From: Obrimoposthia wandeli
Taxonomy: Eukaryota
Reading direction: 5' to 3'
Length of the DNA: 64,000 nucleotides
NCBI GenBank assembly: GCA_977020255.1
Contig: CDROCS010000434.1
Location: 372,001 to 436,000 of the forward strand
Made by a program: the position numbers and the translations under genes
In this document: piece by piece, positions 15,300-26,754 of the stretch
How positions within the stretch are numbered: the first letter of the stretch is position 1
Layout: each line of letters starts with the position of its first letter
The notes under the pieces: model-generated
The model's database searches: none
What the model was told of the DNA's origin: nothing
What the model saw: the letters and a program-made list of their open reading frames with translations, nothing else

Positions 15300-16200
15300 C
15301 TAAATTTAAGTCGCCAACAATCTGTACGTCGTAAATGTCCAGAAATCAATAAACCGAGTGAATGTACAAATCGAAATGGTTATCAGAAAATTTTCGAAAC
15401 AGGTTCAATCGTTCAAGCTACGATTGTCCTTAAATTGAAACAATTAAAATCCATTTTGAACAAAAACTTAGAAAAAGCATATTCGATCTTCATCGGAATT
15501 ACATATTCCATAAAGTACCTCGAGGTGGAAATTGAGATTTACTATTTCACTTTAAAGCATTACAAGATTGTTTGTCTTCACTCCCTCCTGGATGATTTCG
15601 AAAGTGAAAGGATAATTTCCATGGAATTTCTAATGGTGAAGCAAAAAAATGAGAAAATAGTTGATTTTCTTTCTCGGACAAATCACCCTTCAGATTGGAT
15701 AGCAGTATCAATGCATAAATATGGAAAGTTTTTAAGAAGCTCAAATAACGGTTCCTATTATATCAGCTTAGTACGCAATTTTTATGTTAAGATAAATGTG
15801 TCATACTCTGATCGAACCGTAATGTGTGAAAAGTATCCCAAAATACTATGTAACAATCTTCTCACGATACCAAAAATCAAAAGGCGGTATATACATCGTT
15901 GGGCACTTTGTATTAGAATCTAATTAAATATAAATTGCCAACTCGGTAAACATAGCATCCGAGACTCCCAAATTTAGCACTGTTAGATTTCTTTTATGGA
16001 GTCATATTAAAGATCAAATGTATGGATGAAGTTCAAAGGATAATATTGAAATTAGACTGGTTATTGGAAAATAAACAATACAAGAAGTTCTCAAAGAAAG
16101 GATTTGTAGCTAATTTCCGATCGTCTTTGCGTACTTAGCTGGGAAAGATGAATTAATTTCCCCATAACTGTCAAAATGTTCCGAAGAAAGTCATCGTTGA
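15300..16200 (+). mobile_element. Decayed Tc1/mariner-superfamily transposase
   Basis: YQKIFETGS near the 5' end; RLPNLALLDF(L)LWSHIKDQMY (cf. RSPDLTPLDFFLWGYLK) at about 15960-16025. Confidence 0.55.
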
Positions 16201-18799
16201 ATTGAAAGTCTCAATCACTATTAGAGTTTCTCACCCATTCAGATAATTGGAAAATCAGATTTTCCCATCTAAATATGTGGGCTTATCGTGAAAATCATTT
16301 ATCACTGTCAATTCTGTGACACTTTGGTGTATTTATTCTCAACCCAGAGAACATTTATAAGTCGAGTGCTATTTAAATGTTTAGAGCATTTATGTGTAAA
16401 ACTCAATGTACTTTTTTATAAATGATGTTTCCTTTTAAGAAATATTGTACTTTCTGCATTTATTTTGATATTAAAATAAAAGCTATTTCAATAAAGTCTC
16501 GTTGGTTAACATGAGGGTTATTTCTCAAAAGACATCACACGAACTAGTACCGGTTTGGCAAAATGTGCGTGTTATCTATGGAAAAAGGTTAGAATGAAAA
16601 TTATTTTAAAGTTGATATTCAAAAAGTCAAATCAAAACCACCAAAGTTCATCCAACAATAATTTCCAATTGTACATATGGATTTTTTTCTCATCTGCATC
16701 TGTATCTACATTTTCATCTGGTTCTTGGACTTCAATTATTGAATAATCCCAATTTTATTATCTTCTGAACCCTTTTAAATGCAGTCTATATTGACAGTGT
16801 GTTTTATTTTCTGTTTATCTGTAAAAATACATTTACATGTATTTCCATCAATATCTTAATATAATTTACATCAAATGTGAAGAATACTGTGGTGTGTTTG
16901 TGTATGTTTCCCGATGTGACATTACGATTTTAAAAGTTATCTCGCATTAAATAATTGCACGTCGACCTAAATAGCTAGGGAAGAAAAAAATCAATCAAAT
17001 TGGATTATAAATTGAATATTTTATATATACTTCTTCATTCATTGTTAGATCAGGTTTTCACCGTAATAATAAATAATAACCTCATTGATTTCCATAGACA
17101 TAATTCAGGTGTTCCTTTTTCATGAATTAAGTTTGGAAAGTGTTAATTTACCATGATAAAAGTTTATAAACTAATATAGAATTTAGTTTAATCTATGAAA
17201 AGATAAGATAAGATAAGAAACAATATTATTAGTAAGCACCTGCAGATAATTAAATTCTCCCTAGCAATACACATAACATCATATTTCTAGTCTAAATGTG
17301 TCAGCTTATTACAAAAGTGTCATCTCGTCAGGATTGTTAGATATTGACATGGTCAGAATACATATTAACATATAAATAAACTGTCCCATATGTCGCAGCA
17401 GTCATTTTTTAAAATAATTTTAAAAGGATTTTTAAATCGCAGCAATAAAATATCGTCGGTTGCTATAGGTTTTTGACTTCCCATGTATTCTTCTAGGAAT
17501 GTAAGACGTTTCGGACTAGGACGTTTCGGCGTGGCCTTTTTTAATAAGGTCGTTTTGGACTTACCAGTTTTAGGTAGAAAATTGTATTATTTCTATTAGG
17601 TTTTATTCAGGTCAATTTAAAAGAAATCCAGATTAGCAAGGTTCATTTTTTGACATATTGACTTCTTTGTCAAGTGGTAGAAACAGTACTGAATATGAAG
17701 GTTATCACCAAACACAGACTGGCAAGCATGCCCTACACCTACCTCGTTCAAAGTCAACTATCCCAAAAACGGATCACACCCTGTTTCCGACAAGTGTCAC
17801 AAGAGGCGAGACATTGCAAGTGGGAATCAGTGGCGGATACGACAACATGTTCTTCAAAATCTGGGCCGTTGTCGTACGTCAAGAAGTTAGTAGGGTTTTC
17901 ACCAGTGGTATAGCACTAATGGTCATCAATGGTCAGTTGCTGTAGAGTATGTGGAGCATTGGGACTATGAGCAGAACGGAGTACTCTTTTAACCTCGCCC
18001 GAAGCAGTTTCAGTGAAATATGAAGATTTGGTTGGTAAATAAGATAATGTATATAAATTAAATTTTATCTGATTTTAAGAAAGCATTTCTAAATTAAGTT
18101 CTTCAGAAATTGTAATTATTTTTATAAGTGAAATAAACTATTTATAATAAAATTGTTATATTTGAAAATTTTATTTAAAGATTCATTATTGAAAAAAAAC
18201 TTATTTTATTGAATTTAACGACATAAAACATGAATTATCTCGTTTTAAAGTTTTCATGCATTCTTTATTTTCCAGATAATTTAGATTGTTTCTCGCATAA
18301 TTTATTATTAATTTCATTGAAATTTTTTCCTATTGTTTCACACAACAATGGGAAGAGTTTTCAATTTTTTACATTGTAATAAAATGATATTTTCGAAAAG
18401 AAATAAATGAAAATTTTGTGTACTTCAAAATTTTTTATTTTATTTTTAAATTGGTCAGTTCAAAATTAGAAAGTTTATTATTTGTAAATTAGATTAGTTG
18501 TTGTACAAGGAGATTTATAAGTCACCAGACAATTCTAACTATTAAAAACTCCCTACAAAAAGATGATTAATAAATGTCTTACAGTTATATGAACACGTAG
18601 ACATCAACTTTTGTGTAAAGTGACTAAAATTAAAAAAATGCAATATACAATAGCTCCAATTTTAAATTAAATTATGAAAGAAACCTCATTAAAAAGTTGA
18701 AAAGTCAATAAATTATCCTGGACTGTGTAATTTCAAAAAAACATTTTTTTAAGGGTGCGTGTATAAATTTTTTAATACAATTTGAATGAGATTGTGGCT

Positions 18800-19250
18800 T
18801 AAAGAATGATATTGGACAGTTTCTCCCAATTTCATTGAACCACATTTGCAACAAAGTTTCATTAATCCATCGTTTCTTGTAGGCTTCAACAACTATACAT
18901 GTATGGAAATTTCCTTCGGTTTAGTTTTTCGTTTACAAATGTTCATCGGGTGAAGTTTCCTTCCATCGGCCGTAACAGAAAACTCCCCTCTAAGGTTGCA
19001 CTTTGCACTACCACACAAGTGTTAATTTAAACAATTTATGTGACTTTAATTTCAAAGGTAAAACGTCATTGCATGTCAGAACTCATAAGTACTTCGTCCA
19101 TGTTCCTTGTGTGTTGAGATACAGCTCTATTTTGCAAGCTTTTCCTCCTAGTCAGATGACAAAATTGGCCAACGAATAAATACTTGTTGTCTCCAATCGC
19201 GAAATCTGCATTCATCGACTTCACAATTACCATTCCTTTCTAATTCTTTC
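18800..19250 (-). mobile_element. Decayed pogo/Tigger-like DDE transposase fragment
   Basis: Minus strand NMDEVLMSSDM and VTADGRKLHPMNICKRKTKPK are typical pogo catalytic-core motifs. Confidence 0.7.
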
Positions 19251-22200
19251 ACGGTTATGTGCGTTCTTCTTCTTTTTCCATGTTTCAATTTCAAATCAAT
19301 TTAATAATTATGAAAGTTGATAAGAAGTAAAATAATAATCAATCAATTTATTTCAGCTGAAAAATAAAAACTCCGATTGACTTTAAAATCACAAAATGTA
19401 TTGGTTTAACCTTTTAAATGCAAACAACTTTTATATTTTTAAATGGCGACATAATTTTCAATGAGTATTATCATTGGTCCAAATTTCTGCAGAACAACCT
19501 TTATAGCATGTGCTCACGACAGTGCATGTAACTCAACTTAGCCCAAAGTATTCACAGTTTCGCAGAGCACCCATTGAAGGAGAGAGATATTATTATTATG
19601 TTGCCTTTAGATAACTCTTTTGAAGCAAATTAATCGAACAGGGACAGGCAAAGATCGACTGATTTTCTATCTGAGAAATGTGATCATTACTTGGAAGTCT
19701 CTGACTTCTGTGTCAATCAGCATGACAACCAATTTGTCCCTCCATTTCCCAGTAAGCCCCAATTAGCAGTTGCAATCTTCACCTAACCTCGACTTAGCTG
19801 GCGGGATGCTTCTATCTTCATCTAGCGAATATCCCTCTACTTTTTCTCGGATCGCTAATTTAGATGTTTTTGTAATATGCATAAAAGCTATTTTTAGTAA
19901 ACCAAATGAAATATTTTCAGAAATTTATCAGAAGTCAACTAACTTTCTCAGTGTAAATACTGAGCTTTCTTATCGCAGATTAATAGATAAGTGGGAAGCG
20001 TAAGGAAACCCGGATTTAAAAGTGTTTGTATTACAATTGTTAATGACTATTCAAGGAGGAGGTCTTCTTTAAACCTCATGAAGTCATATAAATAAACCCA
20101 ACAAGACGCGTCTTTAGATAATATATAGAGTATTAAAAACAACAACTAATTTTAACAGTTATGACAAATACAAGTTTCCAGAATGTCTAGGGCATGCCGC
20201 ATGATCACACATGCTACTCGACATTATCTGACATTCATATCAATGGTGTAGCTTAGCGGTATACATGGTGCCATCAACAACCGCGAGAGCAGATGAGCAC
20301 GTATAACCAACATTCTTCCTCACTGCCTAGTGTCATTACACGATATTTAATATTGCGCACTACCGCGACATGGGAACTGTCAGATTCTTCAAAGATGTGT
20401 GTACACACTTTATTCAAGCAAACATCAAAAGGTTAAACATTGACCATGGGTGGTTGGTCGTCGAATCGTTTAGTCATAGACACCAACATTCTATCTACTT
20501 CACCTTTACTTCAATTGTGGCCAATGAAAATAACATGTTTTCTATAATCTTTTTTGTCAATTATGAAACACTTTTGTTCTTGGTAATCTACGACATAATA
20601 ATCACTTTGTTATGTGCTCAATAAACTCTGTGTTCATCGACATACTCATCATCATCTCCCTCTTCATCTATTACATTTAATACTGATTCGCTGCTACTAA
20701 AGTCGTCATCAGCATTTTTATTTCAAAATTTACATCTTCATTTGGTTCATAACTTTCATCATATCCAATACTAAGTGTATGACAAGCTTGTTGAAACGTT
20801 AAACGGTGCATATAATTATTAGACATACTTAAAAACAGACAAAATTCGATAATAAATACACTACTAAAATGATTATCGAACACAAACAGGAGATATTAAA
20901 TTTTGATTACAATTTGTATATACGCGTCTGTCCTAACGAAGTAATGTGATATTTTATTACTTGTTGGGTTTTGTTGGCTAAAATAAGAATTATATTTATT
21001 TTACAATTATAAGGTCTAGCAATAATGTCGCAGTATATGGTTTATAAAGTCGATGTATGTATATTGTTTATAATTATTACATTCTGTATAGATAATCCTC
21101 GATGAGGGTTGACAGATTTTTATTTTAATAAAACAATGCAGCTATATAACAATGATATATTATTTCCCCATATTGCTGTCACGCTAATAAATTGTAGTAT
21201 CTAACGTTTTAAGCTTAACATGATATATGTATATAAAATCTCATATTCTTTCTTGTTAATTTAATTTCTTTTCGATTACTAAATCGTGCAAATTCTCTAA
21301 TACTTCTAATTGCAAACTTTTAAACTCACGACTATTTGTCAAGACAACAAAATCAAAAAAACCTATTATGTAATATCACGAAATTCAAATTCACATCACT
21401 GACATGTACTATCACAGCTACAGCCTTAACTAACGCCTTACCGCATACAAGCACATAAAGGTGCAACAATTATCAATTTGGCCAACGCTAGCCCATACAA
21501 ATAGCAACAAAGTGACTCAGCAGGTACATTTCATAATTTGACCTTCGCACTATACTAGTGCTACTAGATAATTTTTAATCATCCGGATATTATTCTTATG
21601 GATTTTCCACCACATAGTATGGATTAAAAATTTTGAAATATTTTCGAAATTTTAGGAAATGTGTTGAAAGAAGATATTTACATATATAGAGTTGAAAAGC
21701 GTTCTATTGTATAACTTTGTGTTGTATTATTATATAATATTTCTAAAACCAATAAACTAATCTTTTTTTCAAAAAACTTTCATGTTTTTAATTTAAAATA
21801 TTAATATGTTACAATTTATTTTCAAAAATATTATACGCTTTAAATATGAGAGTTTGAATTATTTTAACTTATTTTAGTCAACATTTTACTCATTAAATAT
21901 GAATAAAGTTTATTATTTATCATTTTCAATTTACCAGATAAACTTTCGATTGCTCAATATATAGCGTTTTTCTCTCTCTCAGTTCACCTAAATCACTGTA
22001 TAAAATCTTTGTAGTATACAATATGAGATTATAATGACTTTATATGGAAAGCATTATGAAGAGTTCGTGTTTTTTGGTTCAAGCTCAAATACATTGTGCC
22101 CTATCAGGTTCCAGTCCGAGAGATTATGAAAAAAATTGTTTGAATGCACCTCTTATGGAGGCAAAATGCTGTTTAATTTTACAGATGTTTTTTAATTATC

Positions 22201-22964
22201 ACATTGAAAAAAAATTAAAGAAAGGTCTTAGGAAATATAAAAATGATATTGTAATCACGATATAAAATTTGAGTAATCACGATATAAAATTTGAGTACAT
22301 ATTTCATGAATATGTTTAAAAATACAATTCCATATGGATTTACAGAAAATTCATCAGCAAAATAAAGTATGACGAAATCATAAATGACCGTTTGAAGCAG
22401 AAATTCTTATTGGGGGTGCAAAAAGATTTTTTTTAAAATTTGATTTCTTTATTTTATCATATAACAAAGTCTAGTCTCCTTTTAGTTTTAGAAAACAAAT
22501 GTAAAATTTAATTTTCATCCACTGTAACACCTTCATAAATATATAATAAAGCTAGTCCATTTAATCTTTCTTGTGCAATTGAATTTCTTCAATATGTTTT
22601 AATGTATTTAATTGTTGAAAAGGAAGATTTTTATAAACTTTAACTCTAAAATGTTGGGCGTGCAAATGCACCCTTGCACCCCTTAGTTGCGCCACTGGTC
22701 TGAAGATTACAAGTGAATGCATTAAAAAACATAAATGTTATATATATTTGTTTCTTAATCACAATAATCTCATACTAGAAGGTATACTCAACGAAATTTG
22801 TATCCAGCAATTGAACTTAGAATGATAAATGTTTTTCTTGCAAAACAAATATCGGTCAATAAAGTAACTTGTATACGCTTATTTGAAAAATGTGATCTGT
22901 TTTTTACTATCACATTTAGTTTTGATCTTTTAATTTGTTGTGAAGTCATGCTCCTTACTTTCCA

Positions 22965-23155
22965 ACCGTTTTAAAAATACATACACGATATTTCACTCCA
23001 CACACGTCCACGACATTTCACTCCACACACGTCCACGATATTTCACTCCACACACGTCCACGATATTTCACTCTACATACATACACGGTTTTAAAGGGCA
23101 GTGGTACATCTCCCCGGGAGGGAGGGGGTGGATTATACCGGACATATCCACTACT
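22965..23155. mobile_element. Orphan right terminus of a Polinton/Maverick-type TIR, containing a 25-bp tandem repeat (about 3.5 copies)
   Basis: Ends ...GGGGGTGGATTATACCGGACATATCCACTACT (reverse complement AGTAGTGGATATGTCCGG), homologous to the termini at 38183, 44382 and 45997; repeat unit GATATTTCACTCCACACACGTCCAC. Confidence 0.85.
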
Positions 23156-23494
23156 TAGAAAATTATTATTTTTAGAAATGGTGATTTTTAATTTATTCAG
23201 ATGCACAAATCTCTTATTAATGCCAAAAGAACAAAAGAAAATGATAAATTTTATCCTAATTCTATTGGCTACTTTTGTGTTGAATTTTTAATTGAAATAG
23301 AAGTCAACAAAATAACAGAAGTCCTCTAATTATACATGTAGACGTTGATCTATATTATTAAGTTTGTGATCAATAGACAAAATTAAATCAATGCATTTCA
23401 ATATACTCTTTATTTACACGAAGACCTTAATTTACCTTGAATGCTATTTTGTGTAACACATATCAAAGAGTTGAAGGTTTAGAAACCGCTATTA

Positions 23495-24980
23495 GATCAA
23501 GGACACAAATATTTGAAATTCATTTATCTCTGCATCTGAATATTGTGAATCGGATAAGATATTACACTATCCTTAAGTATCTCAACTTGGAACTGTGCTC
23601 CATAGCACATGACAATTGTTTCCAATTTACCCATGATGGACAATCCATCGAAATAGGTGACATTCAGCTTAGATATCGATGTTTTCGCATAATTCACTAA
23701 GTTGACTCGTATCTCGGTTGATGATGGCCATCAATTTTTTAGTAAAATTATAATTTCGTCGTTTATCGATGTAATCACACTTGGCGCGGATGATACTATT
23801 TCAGCATGATATTTTGGCTGGATTGAGTTGGTCGCTTGTTCTCTGATCATATTGATTCTTTGTGGTTTATTGTTAGCTTCCCACTTTCGGTATCCGATGT
23901 TAATGCGTAACTCTGCCGTTGCTTTAACGATTTTATTGTTTGTTACTTCCGGTTGTGTTGGCGAATGGAATCCTTCTATTACGCTCAACCTTACAGATAC
24001 TTCTGTTTGATCTGTTTTTAATTGGTGAGATACCGGTATATTACATACAATGGTCTTTCCATCAAAGTATTTAGTGTCCATCTGACAGATTATCTTTTTT
24101 GTGTCGGCGTCGATTAGATGAACTCTCATTATGTCTTTTTTCCCATGTGAATTACGTAATACCATTATCACATCATGGTATTCTTGTTTGAGTCTTTTTG
24201 GTGTACCATGAAGTATATGACCACCGGCCGGTTCTTTTTCTTCCTGACTGGCTAGTCCTGCTTTGGTACTGTCATAGTTCTGTCATGCAACTATATTTGG
24301 TGTCAATGTGATTTCTATTATCACTTTCTCAGTCGTAAACACATTGGAGTTTTGATGCAGTTCTGCGACTAGAGTATTTCCATCGAAGTATGACACTCTA
24401 AGTTCGCACAGAAATAGTATCTNNNNNNNNNNNNNNNNNNNNNNNNNNNNNNNNNNNNNNNNNNNNNNNNNNNNNNNNNNNNNNNNNNNNNNNNNNNNNN
24501 NNNNNNNNNNNNNNNNNNNNNNNNNNNNNNNNNNNNNNNNNNNNNNNNNNNNNNNNNNNNNNNNNNNNNNNNNNNNNNNNNNNNNNNNNNNNNNNNNNNN
24601 NNNNNNNNNNNNNNNNNNNNNNNNNNNNNNNNNNNNNNNNNNNNNNNNNNNNNNNNNNNNNNNNNNNNNNNNNNNNNNNNNNNNNNNNNNNNNNNNNNNN
24701 NNNNNNNNNNNNNNNNNNNNNNNNNNNNNNNNNNNNNNNNNNNNNNNNNNNNNNNNNNNNNNNNNNNNNNNNNNNNNNNNNNNNNNNNNNNNNNNNNNNN
24801 NNNNNNNNNNNNNNNNNNNNNNNNNNNNNNNNNNNNNNNNNNNNNNNNNNNNNNNNNNNNNNNNNNNNNNNNNNNNNNNNNNNNNNNNNNNNNGTTGATT
24901 GTTTCTTTCTTTCGAACGGTATTGTTTATTTTCGCTGTTGCAAGTGTTGTATAAATATCATCCATTAGATCTACAGGCAT
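23495..24980 (-). pseudogene. Disrupted ORF of unknown family with at least three YFDG-containing beta-rich repeats; spans the gap
   Basis: One frame from 24420 to 23731 with one stop, continuing by frameshift to about 23495; repeats LCELRVSYFDGNTL / ICQMDTKYFDGKTI / ISKLNVTYFDGLSI. Joining to the ATG at 24980 across the Ns is an assumption. Confidence 0.55.
24423..24893. other. Assembly gap (471 N)
   Basis: Run of N bases. Confidence 1.
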
Positions 24981-25005
24981 GAATTAAAATACTTTTACCA
25001 TTCAG

Positions 25006-25084
25006 AAAGGACTGTCGCCTCCCCAAAATGCTACAGAGGACGATGGCTGCCGAAGCAGAAGCTGCGAGGGAGGCTCGAGCAAAT
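25006..25084 (+). CDS. STOM-like: Stomatin/band-7 family gene, penultimate coding exon
   Basis: ttcag|A AAG GAC TGT...GCA AAT|gtagg encodes (I)KDCRLPKMLQRTMAAEAEAAREARAN; phases match both neighbouring exons. Confidence 0.92.
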
Positions 25085-25429
25085 GTAGGCTGATTATTTA
25101 CAGTTCTTCTTGAATTGAGTGTGTGCAGGGTGTATCGTAACTCCCTGCAATTTGTAAAGATATCAATAGTAGGTGTATGTAGCACTTCTGGAACAAGCCC
25201 CCCTGCTGAGGACAAAATGTCTTTGTTCTACTTTTTAGGTGACGTCATCGATGACTCATCGGACAAAGACATGACTCATTGATGACTCATATCCTTTGTT
25301 CTCCTAAAGTACACATGACTCATCACGTGTCCTCATGTGGTCATATTAAGGTCAAATTTCTCTCGAGTATACCTGATTTTCAAGGTCATGACTCATGTCC
25401 TTTGTTTTATTATACTATTTTAAGTTACT

Positions 25430-25762
25430 CATCGCTTGAGCTCATGTGCTTACCATGAGCCCAAGGTTATCGTCGAGGTCTAGGTTATGAGCTCATGTGC
25501 TGACTATGAGTCCAATGTTACTAATATATGATCATGAGCTCATGTGCTCACCATGAGCCCATGGTTATCGTCGAGGTCTAGGTTATGAACTCATGTGTCC
25601 ACCATGAGCCCAAGGTTATCCTCGGAGTCTAGGTTATGAGCTCATGTGCCCACCATGAGCCCAAGGTTATCGTGGAGGTCTAGGTTATGAGCTCATATGC
25701 TGACTATGAGCCCAAGGTTATCATAAAGTTCATGAGCCATGTGCTCACTATGAGCTCATGTC
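25430..25762. repeat. Subterminal tandem array (about 51-bp unit, TGAGCTCATGTGC..CATGAGCCCAAGGTTAT) in the left TIR; shorter copy at about 31620-31745
   Basis: Direct inspection; about 6-7 units on the left and 2-3 inverted units on the right. Confidence 0.85.
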
Positions 25763-26083
25763 ATGAAAGATAGACATCCAATCACATCACATCATCTAAA
25801 AGTATTATTAATCGAATATAAATTGATGATTATTCAAATAATGTTTGAAAAACACAATAGAAGGACTACAATCAATAGATATTTGTTCATCTATTGTGTT
25901 TTTCAAACATATTTATTGAAATTAAATCAATAAAAAATGAAACTTACTCGAGATTGGAAGCAGCAGAATAAAAATATAAATAAAAATAAAAATATTACCT
26001 GAATACTACAACTAAATCCATCCAGCATGGAATGAACTTGGAATGAGCTTGACGTACTTGTGATAATTGGTTGCGGTGAAAGT

Positions 26084-26181
26084 TTAGGGTTAGGGGTATG
26101 GCTTAGGGGTATGGCTTAGGGTTAGGGTTAGGGTTAGGGTTAGGGTTAGGGTTAGGGTTAGGGTTAGGGTTAGGGTTAGGG
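26084..26181 (+). repeat. Telomere-type array: 11 perfect TTAGGG (26116-26181) preceded by degenerate variants
   Basis: Direct inspection. Confidence 0.97.
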
Positions 26182-26256
26182 TGCTTTATAATTTGAGAGT
26201 TTCAATATGTCTTATTCATATATCCTTATATAGAACTCACATGAGATATAAACAAA

Positions 26257-26754
26257 ATGAGTAATAATAACATGCATTCATGAATACAACCAAACAAATC
26301 CTCATCAAATCAGCTGAGATTAGATAGAATATAAACAATTCAGGTGTTGACAAACATCGATAAGAAGACAGCAATATCAAAGAGGATTAATTCCATTGCA
26401 TTGAAGATAAGAATCAAGAAACAGTCTATGGATTTTATTCAACAATTAGATATCTCCAATGATTTCATCAAATTGAAGAAACCAAAATTTCAAGATTCTT
26501 ATCATAAATTTGGATGGGATATGTATTTACTCAAAAATCCTATAACATACCACTTCTCCAATCATGACAATGTAAAGAAAATCAAGTTTGATTATATCAT
26601 CAGATATATCCATGATGTTATACAATTGAATGAACTCATGCAACAATTGAATATTGGATATAAAATCCATAGAAATTATATATTGTTGAGAGCTGATGAA
26701 CGTATTTTTGCTGATTATTGGAATGTTGAAAAGGATATGAAAAATAGAAAATAG
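26257..26754 (+). pseudogene. Orphan ORF inside the non-autonomous element (137 open codons from 26344; upstream ATG at 26257 separated by two stops)
   Basis: ORF track 26344..26754 plus an in-frame upstream ATG; no recognisable motif. Confidence 0.35.

Noticed and set aside
15435-15923. 162-aa ORF
   Set aside because: Lies within a decayed Tc1/mariner-type element; no coherent domain in this frame.
17658-17945. GC-richer ORF with ISGGYDNMFFKIW, reminiscent of a WD40 repeat end
   Set aside because: Single weak motif, no convincing splice sites and no further repeats.
20150-20900. Coding-like decayed sequence, possibly a transposase
   Set aside because: No motif could be matched to a named family.
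22640-22700. Single MITE-like terminus (GCACCCCTTAGTTGCGCCACTG); similar lone hAT-like ends near 4870, 47910 and 53520
   Set aside because: No matching opposite terminus or TSD found.
24958-25215. 85-aa minus-strand ORF
   Set aside because: Antisense shadow of the stomatin exon and the element terminus.
26084-26181. True chromosome end or telomere fusion
   Set aside because: Only 11 perfect units in one orientation, embedded within a TSD-bounded element inside an intron whose flanking exons splice in frame.
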